The notes beneath the pieces were generated by a model. That model worked only from the letters and a program-made list of their open reading frames with translations. It had not been told where the DNA came from and searched no databases. A program made the translations under genes and the position numbers. From the NCBI GenBank assembly GCA_034670305.1, contig JAXMNT010000009.1, positions 140,953 to 204,952 on the forward strand: a DNA stretch of 64,000 bases, written 5' to 3'. Each line of letters begins with the position of its first letter. The first letter of the stretch is position 1. Below are positions 45,677 to 55,074 of the stretch, piece after piece. This DNA comes from Deltaproteobacteria bacterium (GTDB taxonomy: Bacteria; Myxococcota_A; Polyangia; Polyangiales; Houyiibacteriaceae).

Positions 45677-46408
45677 GTGACCCGCATCTTGATGGTTCTC
45701 GTGCTGTGCTTCGGGGCGTCCTCCGTTCGCGCCCAGACCGGTACGGCGGCGTTGCCAGAAACCGAGGACCCGGACTCGGTCGCCGCGCCACCCCCGGGGG
45801 TCGCGCCTGCAGACGACGGATCGGCCGAGACGGTCGAGGCGTTCCCAGAGCCGGATCCCGACGCGGATCCCACCCTCGAGATCTTCCGAGACGAAGACAC
45901 GCACTGGTGGCTCTCGGTGAACTACTTCGTCGCGGCTCAACTCGAAGACGACGCGATCGAAGACGCGCTCGACGCACGGGGCTACGGCGACGGGTCGATC
46001 ACGTTCGGCGGCGAAGCGAGTGGCATCTACCGCGTGCAGAAATGGCTCGGGCTCGGCGCGCGACTCGGGATCCGGCATCAGCACTGGAACCACTACAGCG
46101 AGACCCCAGCCTCGGCGCTCGGGATCGACCTGCAGTTCGTCGTGACGGCGCGCTGGGTCGCGAAGTTCGGAGACATCGGTGTGGACCTCTCGGGTGGCGT
46201 GGGGCTCATCGGGCTTCGCCTCAACGAAGTCACCGACTACCAGGTGGCTGGACGGCTGCAGGCCGGACCGGTGGTCGCCATCAACCTCTTTGGCTCGGTC
46301 CGGGCGCTCGTGCGCTTCGGATACGATCTCAACCGCCGCGACTTCGGCGGGTTCGAACTCGCCATGGGTGGCGGCTTCTTTGCGCTCGGTCTCGAGGTGC
46401 GTGAGTGA
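45677..46408 (+). CDS. Outer-membrane beta-barrel protein
   Basis: Signal peptide ending VRA-Q; alternating beta-strands; ends FFALGLEVRE. Confidence 0.7.
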   Translation: MTRILMVLVLCFGASSVRAQTGTAALPETEDPDSVAAPPPGVAPADDGSAETVEAFPEPDPDADPTLEIFRDEDTHWWLSVNYFVAAQLEDDAIEDALDARGYGDGSITFGGEASGIYRVQKWLGLGARLGIRHQHWNHYSETPASALGIDLQFVVTARWVAKFGDIGVDLSGGVGLIGLRLNEVTDYQVAGRLQAGPVVAINLFGSVRALVRFGYDLNRRDFGGFELAMGGGFFALGLEVRE

Positions 46409-46998
46409 AACACATTCTTTGGGTGCTCCTCTTCTGCCTCGCGTGTCGACAGCCCGAGCAGGCGCCGACGCGTCTCTTCGAAGAAGGCTTCGAGGAAGTG
46501 TGCGACGGGATGCCATGCGGCTGGGCGCAGACCGGTGGCGACGACGGCGCCGTTCGATTCGTCGAGACGATCTTCGCGGGCGAACACGGAGTGCGACTGA
46601 CCGGCGATGGGGCGGCGGTGCGCGGACCGGGTGGCCCGGCCCGCACCGCGACCTTGACCTTCGGCACGGTGGAGGCCCGCATCTCGGGGGTCTGTGACGT
46701 GGGGGCGCTCTTGGTCGTCGAGGCTGCGCTCGTGGACACCGACCGGTCCCTCTCGGACACCTTCACCGGGTTCGTGTCGTTGCCCGAGGACTACACCGAA
46801 GGGGTGCGTTACGTGCAGTTGACCGGCGCGACCGCGCTGCTCGACGGCGGCATCACCGGCGGCATGTTCGGCGGGGTGGTGAACGTACAGGTCTCGGCGG
46901 TCGCCTTTCGCGTACAGGGGTCCGGGCAGTGCACGGTCGACCACATCGTGATCGACGACACGGGCTTCACCGACACCCCGCGCCCTTCCTCCTGCTGA
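46405..46998 (+). CDS. Hypothetical lipoprotein
   Basis: Lipobox CLAC; GTGA overlap with the upstream gene. Confidence 0.7.
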   Translation: MKHILWVLLFCLACRQPEQAPTRLFEEGFEEVCDGMPCGWAQTGGDDGAVRFVETIFAGEHGVRLTGDGAAVRGPGGPARTATLTFGTVEARISGVCDVGALLVVEAALVDTDRSLSDTFTGFVSLPEDYTEGVRYVQLTGATALLDGGITGGMFGGVVNVQVSAVAFRVQGSGQCTVDHIVIDDTGFTDTPRPSSC

Positions 46999-47060
46999 GG
47001 TCGCGCCGAGGTCTGGCAATCGAGACACCCCGGCACGTCCGGGCTGAAGAGGAGAACGAC

Positions 47061-48611
47061 ATGGGGATCGTGGTGAAACGTGCGCTCAGCAGCGCGTTGG
47101 TCTGGGCACTCGCAGGATGCGGCGGCGAAGAATCGCCGCCTGAACCGACTCCGACCGAGACGACGGTGGCGGAGAACACCGAGCCCGAGGTCGAGACCCC
47201 GGAGGTGGAACCGGAGGTCGAGCCGACGCCGATCGAGCTCATCGATCTGGTGCACCGCGTCCCCGTCACCGTGGCCGCCGACAGCGCGTACCACGGTCAG
47301 CTCAACCAGGTGGAGCGGCTCTACGATGGAGACCTGACCACCGCCTGGAACTCCGAGTCGAACGAAGGCACCGCGGTGCTCACGTTCCTCTTCGAACGGC
47401 CGACCGAACTGCACGCGGTTGCGATGACTTCGGGGTACACGAAGACCGACGGCGACCGCGATCTCTTCGCCGGCAACCGGCGCATCAACAGCATCGAGAT
47501 CGTGGTGGATGGCGAATCGAAGAAGCGCGCGCCGCTCGACCCCGACTCGCGCGAACTCCAGACGGTCACGCTGGACGAACCCGTTGCTGGCCAGCGGGTC
47601 GAGGTGCGGCTCGCCGGGTTCTCCCCCGGCACCAACGCCGACTGGCGCGAGCTCTGCGTGAGCGAGCTTCGGCTGATGGGTGTCGACGCTTCGGCCAGCG
47701 CGGAACCCTTGACCCCGACGAGCCACTTGGGTCCGGTCGTGCCCACCGACACACGCGCGTTCCTGACCAGCACCTACGCCGACTACCTCACGTCGAGTGG
47801 GGACGAACAACCGATGCCGAGCGGTGTGGCTGAGGTCGCCACCGGCATGGGCACGCTCAACACGCGCGACGCCCGCGAGACATTCCGAGCGTCCGCCGGC
47901 AAGTGCTACCTCGTGGTCGGCGAGATGTCGTTCTACCCCCGTGAGCGGGATGAACTCGTCGGTGTGTACCCGCCGGACCTCGTCGTGTTGGTGGGGGAAG
48001 AAGACGATCAGAACGCCCTCGACGGCGAGGACCCGACGTTCTTGCTCGGCACCGGCAGTGCGTGTGCGGAGACCTCGGGGCGAGCGACGATCACGTTCAC
48101 AGCCCAAGCGATGCCCGCGGCCTACTGGTACTCGGTGTACGAGTTCGCCGACCCCGTGCTCGCCGGACTGGGAGCGGACGCTCTGGAAGAGGATCCGGAC
48201 GCGCTCGGTGAAGACGAGATGCCCGATGAAGACGCACTGGAACCGATGGAGTCCGAGACCGGCATCGTGCTCAGCGAGACCGCGCTCGGCACCGGCGTCG
48301 AGAGCCGCGCGCTCGTCGGCGCCCGCACGACGTTCTCCAAAGCCACCGACGAACGCGTCTACTGCTTCACCCGCCTCGACAACCCGAACCGAGTCGAGAG
48401 CCAACTCTACTTCGGCTGGGAACGCGGCGGCGAGCCGGTCGACTCCGCCGACTCCTCCGACTGGGGCCGCGCCAACTCCGTCCCCGCCAACCGCCACCAC
48501 GGCACCTTCACCTACCGCGGCACCGGGCAGCGCGCCGGTGAGTACGCCTGCGTCATCCGAGACGAGGACGGCGTCGTGCTGGCGCGGCTTCCGTACACGC
48601 TGACGGACTGA
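47061..48611 (+). CDS. Lipoprotein with a discoidin-like domain and a C-terminal DUF2914-like Ig domain
   Basis: AGGAG RBS; lipobox LAGC; YDGDLTTAW...GYTK...NRRI...CVSEL; C-terminal RVYCFT...GEY.C.IRDEDG.VL. Confidence 0.7.
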   Translation: MGIVVKRALSSALVWALAGCGGEESPPEPTPTETTVAENTEPEVETPEVEPEVEPTPIELIDLVHRVPVTVAADSAYHGQLNQVERLYDGDLTTAWNSESNEGTAVLTFLFERPTELHAVAMTSGYTKTDGDRDLFAGNRRINSIEIVVDGESKKRAPLDPDSRELQTVTLDEPVAGQRVEVRLAGFSPGTNADWRELCVSELRLMGVDASASAEPLTPTSHLGPVVPTDTRAFLTSTYADYLTSSGDEQPMPSGVAEVATGMGTLNTRDARETFRASAGKCYLVVGEMSFYPRERDELVGVYPPDLVVLVGEEDDQNALDGEDPTFLLGTGSACAETSGRATITFTAQAMPAAYWYSVYEFADPVLAGLGADALEEDPDALGEDEMPDEDALEPMESETGIVLSETALGTGVESRALVGARTTFSKATDERVYCFTRLDNPNRVESQLYFGWERGGEPVDSADSSDWGRANSVPANRHHGTFTYRGTGQRAGEYACVIRDEDGVVLARLPYTLTD

Positions 48612-48619
48612 AGCGGCCA

Positions 48620-49040
48620 GCGCAGCGGTAGCGGTAGCGGTAGCGGTAGCGGCCAGCGGTAGCTGTAGCTGTAGCTGTAGCGGTAGCGGTAGCGGTAGCT
48701 GTAGCTGTAGCTGTAGCTGCAGCTGTAGCTGTAGCTGTAGCTGATTCTGATTCTGCTTCTGCTTCTGCTTCTGCTTCTGCTTCTGCTGCTGATTCTGCTT
48801 CTGCTGCTGATTCTGCTTCTGCTGCTGCTTCTGCTGCTGATTCTGCTTCTGCTGCTGCTTCTGCTTCTGCTTCTGCTTCTGCTTCTGCTTCTGCTTCTGC
48901 TTCTGCTGCTGATTCTGCTGCTGATTCTGCTGCTGATTCTGCTGCTGATTCTGCTGCTGATTCCGAAACACGCATCCCGATCCCGATCCGATCCCGAAAC
49001 CGACGCTGATTCCGACGCCGACGCCGAAGCCGATCCCGAC
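48620..49040. repeat. Compound intergenic microsatellite-like tract
   Basis: (TAGCGG/TAGCTG)n, (TTCTGC)n and (CTGCTGCTGATT)n, then GCCGAN units, between convergent genes. Confidence 0.92.
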
Positions 49041-49047
49041 GCGTCCT

Positions 49048-50136
49048 CTACGAGAGCGCGGGCAGGCGTTTGCGTAGGGCTTCGAGCAACGCTTCGTTCT
49101 CGGCGGGCGTGCCCACCGTGACGCGCACCCGTCCCGTGAGTCTGGGGTGGCCGGTGAAGACCCGGACGCCGATGCCGTCGGAGCGGAGTTGTTCGGCGAG
49201 CAGCTCCGCGCGCTCGTGGTCGACCAGCAGGAAGTTCGCGTCGGACGGCCAGACGTGGAGTTCGAGTTCGGTGAGCGCCGCCCGCAGGGTCTCGCGCGCC
49301 TCCACGATCGAGCGCAGGTGCATCTCGAGGTCCGGTGCGAGCTCTTCGAGCGCGAAGGTCGCGGCGCGCTGCGCCAAACGGTCGAGGTTGAAGGGCTGGC
49401 GCACTTTCTCGAACTCGGCGGCGAGCGCCGGGTCGCACTCCAGCCAACCGACCCGCAACCCGGCGAGCCCGATCTTCGAGAGCGTGCCCATGATCGCTGC
49501 CTGCGGGAAGTCCTGCACCCAGTCGCGCTCCGAGACGATGACGCCGTCGTCGCGTCGGAAGGGACCGTAGGCTTCGTCGATCACATGCAGCGTGTTCGGG
49601 AACGCTTCGACGAGCTGCTGGAGCACTTCGGGCTCGAACGCGTTGCCGGTCGGGTTGTTCGGGGTGGCGTAGTAGACGAGCGCCGGATCGTGTTCTTCGA
49701 TGCCGAGCACCATCGCGTCGACGTCGAGCGAGAAGTCGCCCTTGAGCGGCACTTCGATCGGATGAAGTCCATGGGTGAGCGCGTTGATGCGGTACATCAC
49801 GAAACTCGGACCGGGGTAGAGCACCGTGGGTGGCGCATCGCCGCGGGCCATCGCCGTGTGGAGGATCGAGATGATCTCGTCGCTGCCGCTGCCGAGGACC
49901 AGCGCCTCCGGATCGCAGCCTATGCGAAGCGCCAGGGCGCCGCGCAAGTCGCTCGCGCGCGCGTCGGGGTAACGGTGGAGCGGTTCGGTCGCGAGCACAT
50001 GCGCCATGCGGACGCGGGCATCCGCCGACAATGGCCATGGGCTCTCGTTGGCGTCGAGTTTGATCGGCGGCGCCGGCTTCGGGCTGTACGGATGCAGTTC
50101 GGAGAGCGCCGGCCGCAGTCGATCGAAGACGCTCAA
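49048..50136 (-). CDS. hisC: Histidinol-phosphate aminotransferase
   Basis: KLDANESP, RYPD, GSDE, PNNPTG, IDEAY, TLSK.GLAGLRVG, ANFLL and RVTVG motifs; TTG start overlaps the upstream stop. Confidence 0.92.
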   Translation of the reverse strand: MSVFDRLRPALSELHPYSPKPAPPIKLDANESPWPLSADARVRMAHVLATEPLHRYPDARASDLRGALALRIGCDPEALVLGSGSDEIISILHTAMARGDAPPTVLYPGPSFVMYRINALTHGLHPIEVPLKGDFSLDVDAMVLGIEEHDPALVYYATPNNPTGNAFEPEVLQQLVEAFPNTLHVIDEAYGPFRRDDGVIVSERDWVQDFPQAAIMGTLSKIGLAGLRVGWLECDPALAAEFEKVRQPFNLDRLAQRAATFALEELAPDLEMHLRSIVEARETLRAALTELELHVWPSDANFLLVDHERAELLAEQLRSDGIGVRVFTGHPRLTGRVRVTVGTPAENEALLEALRKRLPALS

Positions 50137-50792
50137 CGCGGCGCGCCTTCGCGGAGGGAGGAGGGGACTTCCAGCTCTGGGTCGCCGTCGCCGTCGCTGT
50201 CTGCGGCCGCGGCGCCCGCGCTCTCGGTGCCCTCGCGCGCGTTGCCGTGATCGTCGAGGTCGCTCGGGTAGAGCGAGGCGTAGGCGTCGACCAGCGCGTC
50301 GGCGACGTCGCGCCCTTCGGGGCCGCCGAGTTTGACGACGTGGCGGCCGCTCACCCAGACGAGCCAGACGCTGTCGCCGCCGGTGCGCAGCTCCCACATC
50401 CACTCCCCCTCGCGTTTGATCACGCCGACGTCGTAGGAGTTGAGTTCTTCGATCTGCTCGCGCACTTCGGATGCGAGCGCGGCACCATGCGCGTAGACGC
50501 TCACAAACGCCGTGGAGGTCAGCAGCGCGTCGCCATCGCGTTCGAGGTAGGTCGCGGTGTGTCCTTCGGCCGCGTTGCCCTCGATCGCGAACTCGATGTC
50601 GAGCACGTGCTGGTAGCGGCGGTACGAGAGCTCGTCGACGTCGCGCTCGAGCACGTAGCGGGGCGGCAGGGTGGGGCTGCAGCCCGCGGCCAGCAGTCCG
50701 AGCAGCACACTGCTGAGGAGCAGGCTGCTCGTGAGCGCGCGGCTCCTGACGACGCGGGTCAGGAGCCTCGGGACCACGGACAACGGGCGCAT
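50133..50792 (-). CDS. Hypothetical lipoprotein
   Basis: Lipobox LAAGC; starts 4 nt after the porin stop. Confidence 0.75.
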   Translation of the reverse strand: MRPLSVVPRLLTRVVRSRALTSSLLLSSVLLGLLAAGCSPTLPPRYVLERDVDELSYRRYQHVLDIEFAIEGNAAEGHTATYLERDGDALLTSTAFVSVYAHGAALASEVREQIEELNSYDVGVIKREGEWMWELRTGGDSVWLVWVSGRHVVKLGGPEGRDVADALVDAYASLYPSDLDDHGNAREGTESAGAAAADSDGDGDPELEVPSSLREGAPR

Positions 50793-50796
50793 GGGA

Positions 50797-52485
50797 TCAG
50801 AACCGGAACTGGGCTTCGAGACGGACTTCGCGCTCGAGGGTGCGGTCGTCGTCGCGGTCCAGCTGGTCTTCGATGTGCGTCTCTCGGTAGAGCAGCGTGA
50901 GCAACCCGATGTTGCGGAACCACCACCAGTGCAGCGCGACGCGGAACTGGAACTGGTCGAGCGGCTGCTGCAGATCCGGGTTGGTGGTGTCGATGTCCGC
51001 GGCGGTCAGCTGGGCGACGTCGGCCGCGAGCACGAGGTGTTTCGGCCAGAGCAGGAACACGGCTTCCGCCTGCCAACCGTTGCGGCTGCCGCCGCCGTCG
51101 AGCACGAACTTGTAGTAGTTCTCGACGCGCAGCGCGAAGATGTTGTAGCGGAAGTAGACGGTCGCGTTGGCGGCGCCGAAACGCTCGAGCGGGCGCTGGT
51201 CCCACTTGCCGCCCAGAAGCGCGCCGAACATGGCGGGCACGCGGTTGTAGAGCAGGTGCGAGTCGAAGCGGTTGAAGTACCCGACGAGGTTGAACTGCAT
51301 CTGGGCGCCAGCGCTGTATGCGAAGTTCGGGCTCGCGCCGCTGCCTTCGGTCCGTCGTCCGCCGACGTTGCCGGCGAAGAGGCCGGTGCCGCCCGCGGCG
51401 TAGAGTCGGAAGGCCACTCGGCCATTCTCGGTCAGCGGTCCGCCGGACTCGATGGCGGCGCCGTTGCCCTGTTCGAACTCGTTCAGGATGAAGAAGACCG
51501 GATCGAGCAGCGGCTGCTTCGAGGTCGAGATGATGCGGCCGACCGAGAGGTTGCCCGAGCCGCTGTTGAGCGCGAGGAAGTGGCCACGCGAGCTGAGCGG
51601 CACCTGGAAGTGCGCGAAGGTCAGGCGCGGGCTCGTGTCCCAGCGGGTCGAGAGCAAGAAGAAGCTGTTCTCGATGAACGGGATCTGGCCGAGCGCTCGG
51701 ATCTGGAGGCGGCTGAAGTTCACGTCCGCAGCCGAGCGGAAGTCGCTGTCGAGCTCGAGGTCGTACCCGAAGCCGACGCCCGCGACGACGCTGAAGCGGT
51801 AGCCCGGGCTCGACGTGCACACGGTGACCTGCGGGTCGAATCGGCAGCCGAAGTCGGCACAGTCGGTGCGGCCGTCGTGGTCGTTGTCGACGCCGTCCGA
51901 GCAGGTGTAGTCGTTGCGTTCGCCGTCCGCGTCGCCGTAGCCACCGATGAGGTCTTCGGCGCTCATGTCGCCGGTGAGCTGCGGCAAGTCGTTCGCGCTG
52001 TCGTCGGGCCGCACGGGGTTGTGTCCCGCCGCCGATCCTTCACAGACCGTGATCCCAGGTCCGGTGCAGTCCGAGTCTTCGCAGTCGGTGAATCCGTCGC
52101 CGTCGTTGTCGACCCAGTCGCTGCACGCCTGGTCGTTGCGCTCCTGGCCTTGGCCCGCGAGGCACGAGGCGTGGTGGAAACAGTCCGCGTCGCCACAGTC
52201 GACCATGCCGTCGCCGTCGTCGTCGTTGCGGTTCTCGCAGTCCGTCTCCGTGGTGGAGAGGGTGGGCGGAAGGGGGCGGGGTGCCTGGACCTCCTCGACC
52301 GGCACCGCCAACCGGGTCTCGACCGCCGGCTCGATCGGCTCCTGGGGTGCTTCGTCCTCCGCGACGATGCCCGCGGGCGCGCCTGCGCCTGCCTGAGCCT
52401 TCACGTCGGCGGTGAGGGCGGTGGCGAGAAGGAGCGCGCCGATAAATGAAAGTGATCGCATCGTTCTGGGCTTACCTGTTCGCAT
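50797..52485 (-). CDS. Outer-membrane porin-like beta-barrel with three N-terminal Cys/Asp-rich DxDxDG repeats
   Basis: Signal peptide ending VKA-Q; 3 repeats of consensus C.D..DND.DG..DC.D..C; barrel FSRLQIRALG...; ends EAQFRF. Confidence 0.78.
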   Translation of the reverse strand: MRTGKPRTMRSLSFIGALLLATALTADVKAQAGAGAPAGIVAEDEAPQEPIEPAVETRLAVPVEEVQAPRPLPPTLSTTETDCENRNDDDGDGMVDCGDADCFHHASCLAGQGQERNDQACSDWVDNDGDGFTDCEDSDCTGPGITVCEGSAAGHNPVRPDDSANDLPQLTGDMSAEDLIGGYGDADGERNDYTCSDGVDNDHDGRTDCADFGCRFDPQVTVCTSSPGYRFSVVAGVGFGYDLELDSDFRSAADVNFSRLQIRALGQIPFIENSFFLLSTRWDTSPRLTFAHFQVPLSSRGHFLALNSGSGNLSVGRIISTSKQPLLDPVFFILNEFEQGNGAAIESGGPLTENGRVAFRLYAAGGTGLFAGNVGGRRTEGSGASPNFAYSAGAQMQFNLVGYFNRFDSHLLYNRVPAMFGALLGGKWDQRPLERFGAANATVYFRYNIFALRVENYYKFVLDGGGSRNGWQAEAVFLLWPKHLVLAADVAQLTAADIDTTNPDLQQPLDQFQFRVALHWWWFRNIGLLTLLYRETHIEDQLDRDDDRTLEREVRLEAQFRF

Positions 52486-52486
52486 G

Positions 52487-53902
52487 TCAGCGGCAAAGCA
52501 GTGGAATGGGGGAGGGAATGCGCGGAACTTCCGCGCCCATCGGGCGGCGCCAGGCCAAGGCGCCAGCGTCGAAGAAACCACCCTGACAGAGGCCGGGGTT
52601 GTCGTTGGAGAGGTCGCGCGCGCGCGGGTTCAGCAGCGGGTTCCACTGGCAGTCCCAGTCGTCGCAGTCGACGAATCCGTCGCCGTCGCCGTCGAAGCCA
52701 TCGGTGCAGCGCTCGAGCGCCTGCGCGACCGCGCGGGACTCTTCGATGCCGTCGACGAAGTCGTCGGGCACGCTCACGGACTCGTTGCAGGGGCTGGTGA
52801 TGAAGGTCGAGGTGCTCCCGTCCGGGCGGGTGAAGGTCACCGACTCGAGCACATCGCGGCAGGAGAAGTCGGCGCAGTCCGCGAACTCGTCGCCGTCGTC
52901 GTCGAGTCCGTTGATGCAGCTCTCGAAGCTCGCCTCGCAGATGTTGCGGAGCGCCGGGTCGAGTGACGCGCTACAGCTGAAGTCGTCGCAGTCCGTGAAG
53001 CCGTCGCCGTCGTTGTCGATTCCGTCGGTGCAGAGCTCCAGGGTCTCTTCTTCCGGCATCGCGTCGCAGAATGTCTGGATGGCCGGGTCGATGCAGGGCA
53101 TGCCGCGCGGGCAGCAGCCGAACTCGGCGCAGTCCTGGAATCCGTTGTCGTCGTTGTCGATGCCGTCGGTGCAGCGTTCGACGGTGTTCTCTTGGATGGC
53201 CATGCAGTAGGTCTGGATGGCGGGGTCGATCGCCGCGGTGCAGGAGCGGTTGCCGCAGCAGGAGAAGTCGCCGCAGTCCGAGAAGCCGTTTCCGTCGTTG
53301 TCGAAGCCGTCCATGCAGCGCTCGACGGTGTCTTCGGAGCCCATCACGAGACCGCACTCGATGCTCGACGCGCAGTCGCGGTCGTTGCAGTCGATGTCGC
53401 GGTCGCCGTCGTTGTCCAGCCCATCGGCGCAGTCGGTCTCGGTGCTGCAGACCCGGATGAAGGGGTTGCCGCGGCAGCTGAAATCCATGCAGTCGGCGAA
53501 GCCGTTGCCGTCGTTGTCCCGGCGGTCGGCGCAGAGCGCGTCGCTGAACTCGGTCACGCAGCACAGCTCGAGGATCGGCTGGCAGTTGCGGTCGCCGCAG
53601 TCGAAGTTGCCGTCCAGATCGTTGTCGATGCGGTCGGTGCAGCGCTCGAAGGTGTTCTCCGGCACCGCGCGCGCGTCGTCGATGACGATCAGTCCGCAGA
53701 AGTTGCGGGCGATGCAGTCCGGGTCGACGCAGTCGACGAGGCCGTCGAAGTCGTTGTCGCGCCGGTCCGTGCACGAGAAGAGATCCGCCTCGTAGCCCGC
53801 GGGCGGTCCGCCCTCGACGGGCTCGAAGCAGCCGGTGCCGAACACCGTGGCGACGAGCAGAGCCCAGGGGGCCACACGGCGACTCAGACGAAAGCGACTC
53901 AC
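52487..53902 (-). CDS. Lipoprotein with nine Cys/Asp-rich putative Ca-binding repeats
   Basis: Lipobox FGTGC; 9 repeats of consensus C.D..DND.DG..DC.D..C. Confidence 0.85.
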   Translation of the reverse strand: MSRFRLSRRVAPWALLVATVFGTGCFEPVEGGPPAGYEADLFSCTDRRDNDFDGLVDCVDPDCIARNFCGLIVIDDARAVPENTFERCTDRIDNDLDGNFDCGDRNCQPILELCCVTEFSDALCADRRDNDGNGFADCMDFSCRGNPFIRVCSTETDCADGLDNDGDRDIDCNDRDCASSIECGLVMGSEDTVERCMDGFDNDGNGFSDCGDFSCCGNRSCTAAIDPAIQTYCMAIQENTVERCTDGIDNDDNGFQDCAEFGCCPRGMPCIDPAIQTFCDAMPEEETLELCTDGIDNDGDGFTDCDDFSCSASLDPALRNICEASFESCINGLDDDGDEFADCADFSCRDVLESVTFTRPDGSTSTFITSPCNESVSVPDDFVDGIEESRAVAQALERCTDGFDGDGDGFVDCDDWDCQWNPLLNPRARDLSNDNPGLCQGGFFDAGALAWRRPMGAEVPRIPSPIPLLCR

Positions 53903-54903
53903 TGGTCACGCTCCAATACGAAACCGTCCGGCAATGAGCCATGTCCACGGAAACAGTGCGCCCGGTTCTGGCCGTAGCGTCGGGTGAACGCGGCGTACAC
54001 CACGCAGGAGCCCCGGACCTCTTGGGTCTCGCCGAGCAGGCCCGACGCGCGCGCGGCTTGCAGCCTGGGTTCGAGCGCGGCGCGCACATCGTCGGCGGTG
54101 TACTCGGGGATCTGCTCGAGCCGCGCGTAGCGGTCGACGAGCTCGATGAGCAGCAGGTTCGAGGTCTCGGCCAAGATGGGCGCGAGCGCTGCGTCGCCCC
54201 GAAGTGTCCGGGCGAAGTTCGAGACCCGCTCAGCGTCCGCTTGGATCTCGGTCGCGCACTGGATGCTGCACTCTGGGTAGAAGTCGTTGTGCTCCCAGCG
54301 CTCGGAGTGGCCGTCTCGGACCGAGACCATGCGGTTGTACTGCATGTCGCGGCTTGGATCTTCGTCGCGGGAGTGGAGTGAGGTCAGCACGAAGCCGGGC
54401 ACGCCGTGGGCCCACATCCCGCGGCGTGCCGCGATCGCTTCTTGTTGGGCGCGCAGGTACTCCGGGCGGGCCGGGGTGTCGTCGATCTGCATCGCGTGGG
54501 CGAGCCCCTTGCGGATTTGGTCGATCGCGAGGTCCGGGCAGTCGAGCAGTACCCGGCCGTAGGTGTCGGTCTCCCCCTCGCCGAAGCAGTGCCAGACGCC
54601 ACGCCGGCCGTTCAAGGTCGCCATCTTCGCGTTGATGTAGAGCTCGTACGGGTGCCAGCGGCCCCAGAGATGGGTCGGCCCGTAGCTCTCCAGGGTGTTG
54701 AAGCCACCGAGGCGGGAGCCGCGTCCCGACCAGGGGCCGTCGAGCTGGCGGAAGCTGTCGCCGTCGTTGAAGTACACGCGGGTCGGGCGGCCGTTGATGT
54801 AGACCAGGCTCTCCACCTCCGCGGCGAAGGCGAGGTCGCCCATCGCCAGCAGCTGCGCCGCGATGAGCAGTCCAAAGAAAAGGGAAGTGAGAAGGCGACG
54901 CAT
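53899..54903 (-). CDS. Secreted thermonuclease (SNase-like) family protein
   Basis: Signal peptide; DGDSF, RLGGFNTLE, DTYGRVL, GLA and AQQEAIAARRGMW motifs. Confidence 0.85.
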   Translation of the reverse strand: MRRLLTSLFFGLLIAAQLLAMGDLAFAAEVESLVYINGRPTRVYFNDGDSFRQLDGPWSGRGSRLGGFNTLESYGPTHLWGRWHPYELYINAKMATLNGRRGVWHCFGEGETDTYGRVLLDCPDLAIDQIRKGLAHAMQIDDTPARPEYLRAQQEAIAARRGMWAHGVPGFVLTSLHSRDEDPSRDMQYNRMVSVRDGHSERWEHNDFYPECSIQCATEIQADAERVSNFARTLRGDAALAPILAETSNLLLIELVDRYARLEQIPEYTADDVRAALEPRLQAARASGLLGETQEVRGSCVVYAAFTRRYGQNRAHCFRGHGSLPDGFVLERDQ

Positions 54904-55074
54904 GATCTGGGCCTGGGGTCCGGCGGGAAGGGGCGACCCTAGGCTCCCGATCGGAGGGCTGTCAACGCGGACCGTCCGCGCTTTGCGAGGTCGTCACGTG
55001 GATCTTCCAGCCGCCGAGCGGGACGATTCCAAGCGTTTCGGCCAGTCCCACCGAGGCCACCGGTCTGGGCCGCG

